Below, one piece after another: positions 1-12,100 of a DNA stretch of 52,096 nt (position 1 is the stretch's first letter; the number at the start of each line of letters is the position of its first letter). Location: contig CDROCS010001231.1 in NCBI GenBank assembly GCA_977020255.1, positions 124,001 through 176,096 on the forward strand, written 5' to 3'. A program made the translations under genes and the position numbers. The notes beneath the pieces were generated by a model. The model was given only the letters and a program-made list of their open reading frames with translations. It was not told the DNA's origin and made no database searches. This DNA is from Obrimoposthia wandeli (taxonomy: Eukaryota).

Positions 1-84
1 AATGCTGAGTAGTTGCTCAGATGTGTCTGTCATAAAACAAATGTCCTGGGATTTAAAGCTTGATTCTCGGTATGATCACTGTAG

Positions 85-3000
85 TTGTCCGAGGAGCCAG
101 AGTCGGCGGTATCTCGAGCAATGTTCCCGAGCTTCTACCGTCTTGATTCGGGTTTCACGGCGTTCGTTCACGTGGATGCGGACTTGTGGCCACCTTGTCT
201 CCCGGGTGGCAACAGCAAGGACGACAGCAACCTCACTCCCTGGTCTCGTCGACTGGGCCAGCTCGTAAAGGCCCACTTTATACTTCACATCGTCATCGTC
301 ACCCGTATGCGCATACCGCGCTACTGCTTCGACTTCTTCGGTGAGAAACTGCACTTTATTCATGCTGACATTCGAATATACTTGCCTGGGTCCGGGAACA
401 AGAAATGAATTTATGCGAAGGAAGTAGTATACCTATTAAAACCTGGGACTAGAATACATTTCTCTTCATTTGAAACATTATCATTCAACCAACAGCTGTT
501 CGCATTTACGTGTCACATTTCAAAATACAGTTTTTCTTAAACAAAATGCGGCTTCATTCGACAGTAATCCCTGGTATCTTACCATTCGCAAACATTTAGT
601 AGAACAAGTATTGAAATGCAAAATCCAACTGTCGTGTGGAATGAAGAAGGTTGAAGGATTCCACGTATTTATGAAGGTGCGAACATGTGCATGTCAAGGC
701 GTGGTTCCCAATGCCGAGAACTCCATTCCCGAAGAACAGGTAAGGCCATAAATGAAACAAAGTACATTCGAATTTGAAGCGCGATTCTGAGATTGACCTG
801 ATACAGTTCATCAAAGAGAACCATCCTGTGCATGAGACTGTTCTAGAATTGAAGAAACGGTCGGCGTTTGTACTGTAAGACTACGATGTGGAACATCTTT
901 CGGACGAAGATGAAGATAACATCATGACCATTGAAGATAAATTAAAAATGAAGATACATTAAATAGTACCCAGGGAATTCTATTGGAGCAAAACTGTAGT
1001 ATCTTGATTCTTCTAATTATTCAGAAAATCGTAGTTATATAAGAAATCAATTTATTAGAAATATCTATTAATATAGCAGAAAATTCAAATTACATGGCCC
1101 TGGCAATAGAAAACTCAACACAATTTGAAAAAATAAAAGCTTCAACTACAAAAAAAGAACAAAACATGCTTGAAGTTTACAGTGCAAAGTTATAAAAAGG
1201 TGCAAGAATATAATTTTTGTTTAAATAATGCTGAAGATATTAATTTTAATATTTAAGAAGCATTGTCTTATCTTATCAAGTTCCAGTCTCGGAGATCTTG
1301 TTGATTAGTTATCGGTGTATCTTTGAAAAATGATTGATCATTAGATTCCAGTGCTATATAAATGTGTTATCTTTAACCATTAATTTACAAATAACTGTAC
1401 ATAAATTTCAATAAAATTATTACAAGTTATACAAGTTATAGAACGTAATTAACTGTTCGAATAAAATTTTTTTTTTTACTTCAATAGCTCATCACATCAA
1501 CAAAATTATCCACACAAAATATTTTATGCAACGAATTTTATTGATGAAATAGTGATTATACGAAATTTTAAGGTTTGTCTATATATTTTTGTATATATTA
1601 ATATAAATTGGCTATTTTTTATTTTATAGTTGATATTTTTGTATTTTTTATACAGAAAATTTAGTCACCTACTACCTACCTACATTTGTAAGTACACGGC
1701 TACTTACTAAATTTATCGTTACGTTCACAGGGGAGCTACGACAGTATCGAGTGACCGTGTTGCATTTATCGGAGAAAGAGTGGCGACAGCCAGTGCGGTA
1801 TTTTCTGCCGACACATGTGGTCAGTGATGCGGTATTGGTTATGCACTGGTACTCCAACGCTAGACTCTACACTCATTCCGAAATCGACAACGCCTTCAAG
1901 GTTAGTGAGACAATTCTCATGTTTATCGGTACTGCAACAGAATATTATTAGCTGGGAATCAATTAAACACTAGTGCTAATATATGTTTGCCTCGGAGAAA
2001 ATTAACTCACGCATCATGTCTTGTTGAATGTCGTGTCTGATCAAAATGTGTTTTATTACAATATAACATAATCGATAAAAATTTGGAGCTAAGCGGTTAA
2101 GCTAGATTTCGACATTTATGTTGATTTTTTTTCGTAAACAATATAAATTTAAATATCCCTTTCCGTTAGAAATGGTCTGCGGATACGTCTTCAGTCGTGG
2201 CCTTGAACTACAAAGAGTGCTCTTCAACGACAGGCTCCAACCTACAAAGGGTTCCTGTTGACGCTGTATTCGCCAACAAGGTAGGTATAATCGTTTATCA
2301 TTTGGTAGTAGATGACACGCAGGTAAATCTGCATAATTAATCAAACGAAACAATTTGCTATTTGATTGTTAAGTGATAGATTTTTGTGTAGTGAATTCGA
2401 TATATAAACTCACATTGTGCAGTACATATGATCTCAAGGACATGAACGAAAATGAGATTTCATGTGTATGATTTGACCATCGCGTTGCATATCCAGGGGC
2501 ATTTATGATTATCAGTCGAACTCCAGTCGTGGGAACAACGAATCAGTGTTTGCATTTCATACCATTTCCCCTGTTTGGCATTCTGTAACCAAACTTAAGT
2601 TGCTTTCTATGTGAAATTCCCTAGTCTTACAAACATGCACATGCGGGTAAGGTTGTATCATTTTCTAAAAAATATTGGTATACTTTGTATTTGCTGTTTA
2701 TGAACAAACAAGGTAGTTTTGCCGAGGCTGGTTTGCGGGGTTGAGAGAGTACAACGAACTGATTCAACTTTGACCTTTGAAAAACAGAAAACTATGATTA
2801 CAGATTTCGCATAATCGATGAACATTTGTCATTGCATATTTCATGACATGTTTCGATCCTGTTAACCTCATTAAAGACTCCTACTAGGGGACATGTGCTC
2901 ACTGTCGTCATCGTACCAATTGTTTAACCTCGACTTGACATTTTAGAGGTACAACAGTAGTATGAAAACTAAGAAAACTTAACATCACCCTGAAAATTGT

Positions 3001-3487
3001 CGCAAACCGAAAAATAATTGTTATTAACAAACTTTAAAGCACATGTATTTTTCTCCAAAAGTCATTTGTTTTATTAATATAGAGGCCAAAAATCAATTTC
3101 ACTTAATTATGTGATTTTCCCATTCACGTGCAGACGGTGATGGGCTCTCTGATGGCCCAATGGTCAGGGGCCTTTAACGGCTCGATAAGCATGAGCCTTT
3201 ACAATCAAGACATGCTGCTCACGAGTCAATTTGCGCCCATCCACTACCAGACAGAAGTTACCGGCTCTAAGATCTACAAGTGCGACTCCTAGTCTCAAAC
3301 TAACATCTTTCAATCAGTATCTCATTATCAATTGAATTCACAGCAATCACCTTTTTTATTATAATAATATTTAACTATTGTGACTCCTTGATATCGAACA
3401 AAGAACGGAAGTTCCACATACCGGAATCTGCTGAAGCCTCTAGCCATACCACCGACCAGGTATCCAACACTGGATCCACGTAATATA
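85..3487 (+). CDS. 3' part of an unidentified multi-exon host gene
   Basis: GC-richer open segments bounded by AG/GT, e.g. exon ending CAG|GTAAGG at 739, 40-nt intron 740-779, exons 1731-1900 (ELRQYRVTVLHLSEKEWRQPVRY...NAFK|GT) and 2170-2280 (KWSADTSSVV...FANK|GT, phase-compatible), further exon from about 3137. Not all phases reconcile and I do not recognise the product; both boundaries are approximate. Confidence 0.4.
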
Positions 3488-6400
3488 TTCTGATCAAAAG
3501 TTACATTTCTAAACGGTTTAAAATTTATTCTTTAATCAACATTTATCACGGTTCTAATCCGAACTTAGACAAAGTTTCATTTGTTATATTAATATTAAAG
3601 AAAAATAATTCATTTCAAATCTACATAGTTTAACTTGACAAATAAATTCAAGTCGTCGTTTTTAAGTTTGTCTTTGTCTGCGATTAATGTAGGGCTATTT
3701 CGTGCCACGTGTGCACTGAGTCGTTTCTTCAGGAGTTTTAGACATGTGTCACCTTTTTTCACAGGTCTACATCGGTTTCTGTTTTTAGACTTTTGCATGA
3801 TTTCAAAACTTTTTGTAATTAAAGTTCTGTGTTGAATTTAAATTAAAAAATCCAACATTTCATTAAAACAAATTTCTTTTAATGAAGTGAAATAATTCAA
3901 TTTAACCTTAAACTTTACGCGGATTTCAAGTCTAGAATCCAATATTTCACTTCATTAAAAACAATTTAATTAAAATTCATCGTAACCTAAAATTTTATAT
4001 TGATTTCAAATAAATTAATAAAATTCGATTTGGTTCATTAAAAATTTAATGATTTCAATTCATTAATACAATTAATGCAAATTAATTTCAATTCAAATTT
4101 ACTACAAATCATTTATTTAAACAAACATAATTAATTAATCTAATTTGCACATGCTTCTGTTAACCGAAATTTTGTTTATACGATATATTCGATTTTTATT
4201 GATTTTAATTGATTCAACTTATTATAGAACGTGTTCCTATATATAAAACTAAATATATTTTAGTATTGATTTTGTTTATAACATGTGTGTTTATGGAAAA
4301 AAAAATTTAAATGTTTTATCTACTTATATTTTCAAATTTTGTAAATATTTCTCGCATCAAATTCACAATTTTTAAATAATTTATCTATTTATGTCTTATT
4401 TAAGTCTCAGGATATTTGTTTACACAGATAAGTCATCCTGCATTGCTGGGTCACCAGGTTTAACAAGATAATGAAACATCAATATTCCTTTGATAATTTT
4501 CCATATTGGTTTCAAGCTTCCATTATGTTTTGTCTTGTATCCTTGAAAACTTCATAATAATTCCGCTAAAATACTTTCGTAAACTCGAATGATTATTGAA
4601 TTATTAGGAATATCATATCTAAATTAGGAAATATACCATTCAGTTGTTTAAAATCTTCATGGATATCCTTGATATGTTCAAACTTCATTTTGTTCAATTT
4701 TGCCTAATTAGTGAAAAGATAAGTTACTCGATTCTTCAGTAAATACAATTCCCATCCACAGTAATGGTCAGGAGTTTGAAATTGAAGCTTCTTTATTTTT
4801 ATGGCTTCCTTGCCATTTTTAATTATATCGGTTATATCTTCAAATAAATATCTTGCTTTTTTCTTCATTGAAATAGCGTTGAAAATTTATTTGATTTTCT
4901 TTTACTCATGTGTGTTCTTGGGATTACTCTTTTCGATTTTGATATTCGCAAACCTTGTAATCATAAATTATGACTTAAATGAATAGTTAGTTGTTTATAA
5001 CCATCCTAATATCACCTGATAGGTCAATGATTTTGATTGGTTGTTTTTGTGCATATGTTGAGAATAAGTTAAGATAATATAATATTTAGAAAAATGTTAA
5101 TTACTTTTCCTTAATTAAAAATAATCCTAATTTAAAGTTAAATGGAAAATGCATTTTGGCATTCTCTTTTAATTTTGTTATAGTCCCCGATATGTTATCA
5201 CAGATATGTCTCTTACATTCTCGAGTCACTATCTCGATCTTGGTTTTCACATTGATTTTGTCTATAGACATTATAAAAAGAACTCAAACTCTAAAACGTA
5301 TTATATTGTAAAATAGATTCATGTTTTTATAATGAAAGTTTAATTTAGATTAAAAAAATACATTTATTATATTCAAATAGGTTTAAAAATGTTTATAAAT
5401 AATTCTGTTCGAAATTCGAAATTTTTAATTTTTATATATCCAATTTCAATGCATATAGCGGTATTTTGAAAATAATGTTTTAAATCATATTGGTTATTAA
5501 TAACTCTTAAATTTACACATGAATTAATTGTTTTATTTGTGTAATATATTTGCAGATCAAAACTTTATACTATTATAGCATTGATATTATAGAAATATTC
5601 CCTTACAAGTACGACTATTCTCTCTTTTAAAAAAAGCAATTGAAATTTGAGTGTAAATTCCTACTAAAATATATTGTTTAAAGCAATTTATTGCAGTATA
5701 TACACCTATTTACTAAATACTTGCCAATATACATTGTTTAAATACATTTATAAAATACGACTATTTTCCTTGTAAACATAATTTATTATAAATTTGAATG
5801 TATATTGATTAAATGTTTTAATTTCAGTATTTATAATTACATTTTTTGTAAATACAAACTAATTTGATATATGGTCATAACTTCAATTATATATATTAAG
5901 TAGTTGAAATTTGAATGTTGCAATACATTATTATTATTTGATTAAAATATTTTATTTTAGTATTATTTTAATAAATGCATCCATTTTCTTGTTACCATTC
6001 TAATACATATTGTTTAAAGGAATTTAGTAGTATTTCTTTAGTAAATAAGTGTAAATCTATCAATAAAATAGTTTATATACTATAATTTACACCAATTATT
6101 CCCTTTAAACAATATATATTAGTATGATTACCGAGAAAATGGACATAAAATATTGCAATAAAATCTTTTTGTTTTCAAATATTAATGGATTGCTACATCC
6201 AACTACTCAATGCATATAAAACTCAAATTTTAAATATATCTATAACCATATAGCAAATGGATTGTATTGATTCAAAAAGAGGTTCAAATATTATAATAAA
6301 ATTATTTGAACAATACATCTTATCAGGTATTTACTTTCAAATTTCAAAGATATATACGTTGTTAGTTAAAAAAATATTACCACATAGTAAATAGTTGTAT

Positions 6401-7074
6401 TTATTTGTTAAATACGTTATCAATATATATTTACATTCACATTTGTATAAATTTTATTGTTTACAAGAAAATAGTTATATTTATTTGATAAATACTTCAA
6501 TAAATTCCTCTAAACAATAATTATGTACATTCAAATTTCAAACACTTCTAAGTTTAACAAGAAAATTGTTGTATTTATTTGATGTTTTTATAAAAAATTA
6601 TAAATGAAATATTCAGAGATGATATTTTTTTGTTGTGTAACGTGTGGAAAGTCTTCACTTAATAATACTGTTTTAGGTGAAAATATATACAATTTATATC
6701 CATTTGGTTTCCCATTCCCAGGATTTCGAAAATATATCACCAATGCCATTTCCGAACAGAATATTATTATCTGTTCTGTTGTGTAAATGATCTTTCCAAA
6801 GAATCTGGAAGGAAATTTATCTGGATTTTAAAATCCTAAATACTCATATGTCACCTAATTTGACAATTTTTGAAAATAAATCATAAAAGCTTTTGTAGAT
6901 GTGTTGGGAAAATATATTAACTATTTGTTTAAAAAAGAAAAATAAAAATATAAAATTTTTAAAGAAATAAAAGAAAAAAGGGAATTAATTAATTGAAAAT
7001 TAATTGGGAACTTTCCTTAATTAGGGAAAAGTTCCGATTTTTAAAATTGTGCACTTTGGCATTTTGTATATTCA

Positions 7075-7126
7075 ATCTCCGACGGGAAAAAAGCCCGTTT
7101 CGCCCTGCCGGGCTCATCAGGGAGAT
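7075..7126 (-). ncRNA. Type I hammerhead ribozyme (antisense, U3 of 5' LTR)
   Basis: Minus strand reads AUCUCC-CUGAUGA-GCCC-GGCA-GGGC-GAAA-CGGG-CUUUUUU-CCCG-UC/GGAGAU: intact core, perfect stems I (6 bp), II (4 bp), III (4 bp plus A-U), GUC triplet. Predicted cut between 7081 and 7080. Confidence 0.95.
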
Positions 7127-7129
7127 GGC

Positions 7130-7177
7130 TTGTTATCTCTAACTTCGCGGTGGATTCCGCGAAGCCAGAGATAACAA
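7130..7177 (-). other. 21-bp RNA hairpin abutting the hammerhead (also in the 3' LTR, 20031-20078)
   Basis: Minus strand UUGUUAUCUCU-GG-CUUCGCGG-AAUCCA-CCGCGAAG-UU-AGAGAUAACAA; two A/C mismatches on + become G-U pairs on -. Confidence 0.75.
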
Positions 7178-7695
7178 TAATAAAGCCAGGGAAAAGAGGG
7201 AAAGATTCCCCTTTCATGTGCCGACGAATATCGTCGACATGTGGTGTTAGTGTGCGCAAGTGCACCATTCACACACACACACACTCACTCAACATTAACA
7301 CATCACTCAACTCACTCATTCACTCTCACTACTCACTCAATCGCTCACACAATCCCTTGTTCACTCACTCTCCCTACTCACCTATTCTTTGTGCATATGT
7401 GTGTGTTTAATTTGGCATTTTACACCTGCCCAGAATTTTGAATGACGGTGAAATTTCCCGGCTGCACATGTGTGTGTGTGTGCAGAGCCGGGAAATGCCA
7501 GTTTCCTCTGCCCAAATCTCTTCTCCACACCATGTCTGGTAGTGATTCGGGCAGGCAGCGAGGATTGTTAATGGGGACTACACACTGCCGGTTTCCCACC
7601 TGCCCATCTGCTTACAGATTTATAGACACGCAAGAAGGAAATTGCTTCATAAATTTTTCACAATTTATAAAGACAAAATTATTAAATACAAAAAG

Positions 7696-7997
7696 CGAAT
7701 TATTGAAACTATTTTGAATTATATATCGAATTTATGCAATCGAATTATTGAAACTATTTTGAATTATATATCGAATTTATGCAATCGAATTATTGAAACA
7801 ATTTTGAATTATATATCGAATCTAGGCAATCGAATTATTGAAACAATTTTGAATTATATATCGAATTTATGCAATCGAATTATTGAAACTATTTTGAATT
7901 ATATATCGAAATTATGCAATCGAATTATTGAAACAATTTTGAATTATATATCGAATCTAGACAATCGAATTATTGAAACTATTTTGAATTATATATT
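7696..7997 (+). repeat. 45-bp tandem array (~6.7 copies) inside 5' LTR
   Basis: Unit CGAATTATTGAAAC(T/A)ATTTTGAATTATATATCGAATTTATGCAAT; units 3 and 6 share a CTAG variant. Confidence 0.95.
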
Positions 7998-8082
7998 ACA
8001 ATTTTGAAATACAACTACAATTTTTAGGATCATGATTTTGATTAAATAAATGTTGTTTGCAAGTTTTTGGACTTTTAACAAT

Positions 8083-8096
8083 TGGTGAGCCCGAAG
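8083..8096 (+). promoter_or_regulatory. Primer-binding site (tRNA identity uncertain, Trp- or Ile-like)
   Basis: TGGTGAGCCCGAAG 2 nt after the 5' LTR; TGG complements the tRNA CCA end. Confidence 0.8.
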
Positions 8097-9118
8097 AGCG
8101 GACACACAAAGGTAATTTTGTTGCGTTTTGTTTTTGTTCTTATTGTTGTTATAAGTATATTTACTTTTAAAAAAAAATTTAAAATAGAATTTATTTTCAA
8201 AAACTGTAGTGTAGTATTTTTAATACATTTGTTGATAAATACTATATTTTGAATAAGGTCCCTAAAGGTTTGTAATATTAAATACGTTGTAATTCATTTT
8301 TAATAAGATTATACTGTATTTTTGGAAAAAAAATTATACTGTATATATATATATAAAAATTTTATTTATTTTTTTTAATAATTTCTTGATTATAATAATT
8401 AAAGTAAAGTAAAAATACTTTGTGGTACATACCACCAAATATTTATCGGGGTTTTATTGTTATTTTTGAGGACAAGTACATTGTCTTTAACTATTAAAGT
8501 ATAAATTTAGGACAAATAAGAACACATTTATAAAATAAATTTTTGCAAACGTGTTATTGAGTAAAATAATATCGATTTAGAATTTTCACAAAATTTATTT
8601 TAATATTTTTACTGATTCAGGTTGGAAATAAAATACACTAGGGTTAGCAAATTAACAAATTTTCATAGTTTTTGAAACAGTAGTTTTTGATTCAAAATTA
8701 TCCTGTGGTTGATTGAAAATATATTAATAGTTTATCTTGACATAATTTAAAATTAACAAATTTTCAATATCGGTTTTTAAAATAAAAATAGTGATAACAG
8801 ATTTTACTTAAAAATATATTAATAAGTTAGAAATTTTTCTATTACTTTGGTTGAAAGTGCAGCTCAAATCACGGTAATCGATTATCATAAGGCCGAGCTG
8901 TATTTTAATCACATAGCAGAAATAATTCCTGACTGTTTTTAAAAATTCATTTATTTAAAATATAAAATTATTTAATCGTTTTCAACAAAACTAGACAACA
9001 ATATATAAACACATAAATTAATTTTCGACCCAGTACGCAGGATAATAGTGAACAATACACAAAGATTTCAAAATCTAAACGTAGTGCTAATCTTCACTGG
9101 AGACGCATTCAGACTAGA

Positions 9119-12100
9119 TTGGTAAGAACTAACACAAGTGAAACACTACCACAGAGACCTAAATCCCAGATAAATTTTAGAACAAATAACGAATTTTTCC
9201 CTGAAACTCCGTTAGTTCACCAACACACGGATCGCTTAATTTCAACCGACTCTGAAAACCAAAACCTAACATCAAATTCAGATACAGAAAGTTTATCCTT
9301 ACCACAAACATCTGACTCAGACAACTCGTCAGAAACATCAGAAACAGTGGCAGAACCAGTACCACCTAACATAGAAATAAATAACGAACAAATAAACGAA
9401 GTACCTCAAATGGCAAATCATAGATTAAACATACCACTAGACGCATTTAATGGTGATAAATCATCTTTACCAGAATTCTTGAATAGATATGATTCTTTTG
9501 CTCAAGCATTCGAATGGACAGACCAAGAAAAACTTAGAGTTTTTCCAGCATACCTAAAAGGCACTGCCCTAACCATTTATAGAGGACTAACAAATCTACA
9601 AAAAGACACATGGGAACACTTAGTCCAGCATTTCCAAAATATGGTTTTAGGAGCACAGTCCGACCAGAACTACATAAATCAATTTAGACAACGAGAGCAA
9701 CATGTAGGAGAACCCACAAATATATTCGCAGTCGAATTACGACGACTTGCATTAAAATCTTTTCCCGAAATAGAAGAAGCACAAAGAGAACGATTACTTT
9801 TACATCAATTTTTACATGGATTAAATAACAAAATTCGAGATCACCCTGCCTTACTAGAAGTAGAAAATTTTCAACAGGCTATAGGAAAAGCTCAACTAGT
9901 AGAAGCAAGACTGAATATGATACAGCAAACCGAAGTTTCAGCATTATCTTTTGAAAAAATAGAACGACCACAAACGCCACCAAACTACAACCAATCTAGG
10001 AATTTTAACCAAGATACTCAATATAATTTTCAAAATCCTCAACAATTTAGACCACCAATAAATAATTTTTATAGAAACCAGACAAACAGAAATTTTGCAA
10101 ACTCACAATTTACACAAAGATTTTTTCAAAAATGCACAAATTGTGGACTCCAAAACCATACAATAGAAAATTGTCGAAAATTAAGTAACATAAAATTTTG
10201 CAGATTTTGCAAAAAAGACAATCACACAATTGAAACTTGTAGAAAATTAATAAATAGACAGAGTAATAATACACTACCAAGGAATAATAACTTCAATAAA
10301 CCAAATAATTATGACAATAATCAAAATAGATATTTTAATAATGATACAAAATTTTGTAAGATTTGTAATATGAAAAATCACAACACCAATGACTGTGGAA
10401 AATTAAACACAATGATGAATCAATTTGGAAACACAACAATAAAACAACAACCACAAGTTCAAAAAACAGTACAATTCAGTACTCAAGATCAACAATATAC
10501 CCCAAGAAACCCTATTCACACTATAGAAAATACAGAAACAACTCCAAACACAGACGAATTAGCATTGTTAAAATTACGACTTAAAGAAATACACCAACAA
10601 TGCCATAACAATGAACCACAAACAGATAGAACAAACTTACAATCCGAATTTGGAGACATGTTTAGAGATAGTTGTTTGACATTACAAAAAAATAAATATA
10701 CAATCACAAAAACAAACCAAACTACTCAAACACAAGAAAAGAAAGTAAAACACAAGAAAAATCATAAAACAATAAAAAATCAAAAAACTAAAATTTTTAA
10801 GAATACAAATAATCTTAATAAAATGATGAAAAAATTATGGAAAATTATTCAGATAATATTAATAATATGTCTAATTATGAACATGATAAAACCAATTAAT
10901 GCTTTAGAAGCATATGATTGTTCAAAATATAAAATTCAAAATAAATATTCTTTAATGGATTTACAGCAATGTGCAGACGCTGACCCAAATGAGGTAAAAA
11001 TCCAAAATACTAAGTTGTATCAAGTATATCAGGAAACAGATTTCATATATGCAGAAGTTTTCGAATGTAGAGTACATGTAGAGACATTTATAACATATTG
11101 TGGACAACATAGTCACAATTCAATAGTAAAACCAGCATTAGGAAAAACACCAATAATAGTTGACGCTTTAAATTGTAAAGATGCTTTCGCAACAGGAGAA
11201 TTGAGAATAGATAGAGAAATTAAAGTCCGAGCGGCGAAAAATAAAATAATTCAACAAATGATATCCGTTGTAGGTACGATTAAATCTGATGGAGAATGTA
11301 CAACAGGAACTTATGTAGTAATGGGAGTTAAGCAAAGTGGTTTAGTAGTTATTAAAAATTTTGAAGTCGAACTAAGAACTTTCAAAGCAACATTCGACCC
11401 TTCTACAAACACAATGGTAACAATGCCATTTTGTGAAGCAAACATAGGTCACTGTAACACGGGTTCTTCAATACTTTACTACAAAGTAAAAATCGATCAA
11501 TGTAAATTAATACATTTAAAATCAGAAACTTTTCAAATAATTCAAGGAAAAAGATTTAGAGATGATCCGGAACTAGATCAACAAATTCCAAAGGACATAC
11601 ACAAAATATATAGAACTAGAAAAATACGTAAAACACCAACTCCAACTATATTAATGTCTATTGAACAAGGTTCAGGAATGCGATTTATTAAAAAGAAAGA
11701 GGAATCCCGATGTGGACACTCTGTTTATACAACTAATTATAAAGGAATATATTTAAGTAATGAAAAAATACATAATGCAAAAACGACACCAACTAAATTT
11801 GATATTAAAAATTATGATTATTTTAACAATAAATTAGATTATTTTTATCACAAAGGACTAATGACAATAGAAGCAATATATAGAGAAACCATAATGAATG
11901 ATTGTAAATTAAATCAGGAAATATTAAAAACGAAATTGGCAATTATTGCAACTAACCCAGAATTAATAACACCATTATTACCATTAGCTGACGGTACTTT
12001 TGGAAGAGTAATGGGAGAGGTGTTATACACTTATCAATGTAAAAAAGTAATAGTTAACATAAGAAATCATCAAAAATGTACAAAAGAATTACCAATTTCT

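Larger units (their letters stand above)
6902..8080 (+). repeat. 5' LTR (1179 bp)
   Basis: Starts TGTTGGGAAAAT, ends CTTTTAACA. TATAAA at 7666-7671, AATAAA at 8045-8050 followed by a GT-rich tract. Matches 19803-20983 except one TG unit in a microsatellite and C7585/T20488. Confidence 0.97.

Noticed and set aside
4440-5000. Decayed minus-strand coding-like segment (FQTPDHYCGWELYLLKNRV...), and another at ~6600-6830
   Set aside because: Many stops and no motif I can assign; possibly old transposon remnants, which would need a profile search.
7041-7717. Short ORFs in the GC-rich part of the LTRs
   Set aside because: They overlap the ribozyme, hairpins and CA/CT microsatellites; no recognisable domains.
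7696-7997. Possible CRISPR array
   Set aside because: Units are head-to-tail with no unique spacers, in eukaryotic LTRs, with no cas genes.
7642-8007. ORFs of repeated NRIIETILNYISNLC (also 20488-20910) and LFETSYPLLN (51011-51205)
   Set aside because: They arise because the 45-bp and 30-bp units are multiples of 3 and lack stops in one frame; no good start context or other coding evidence.
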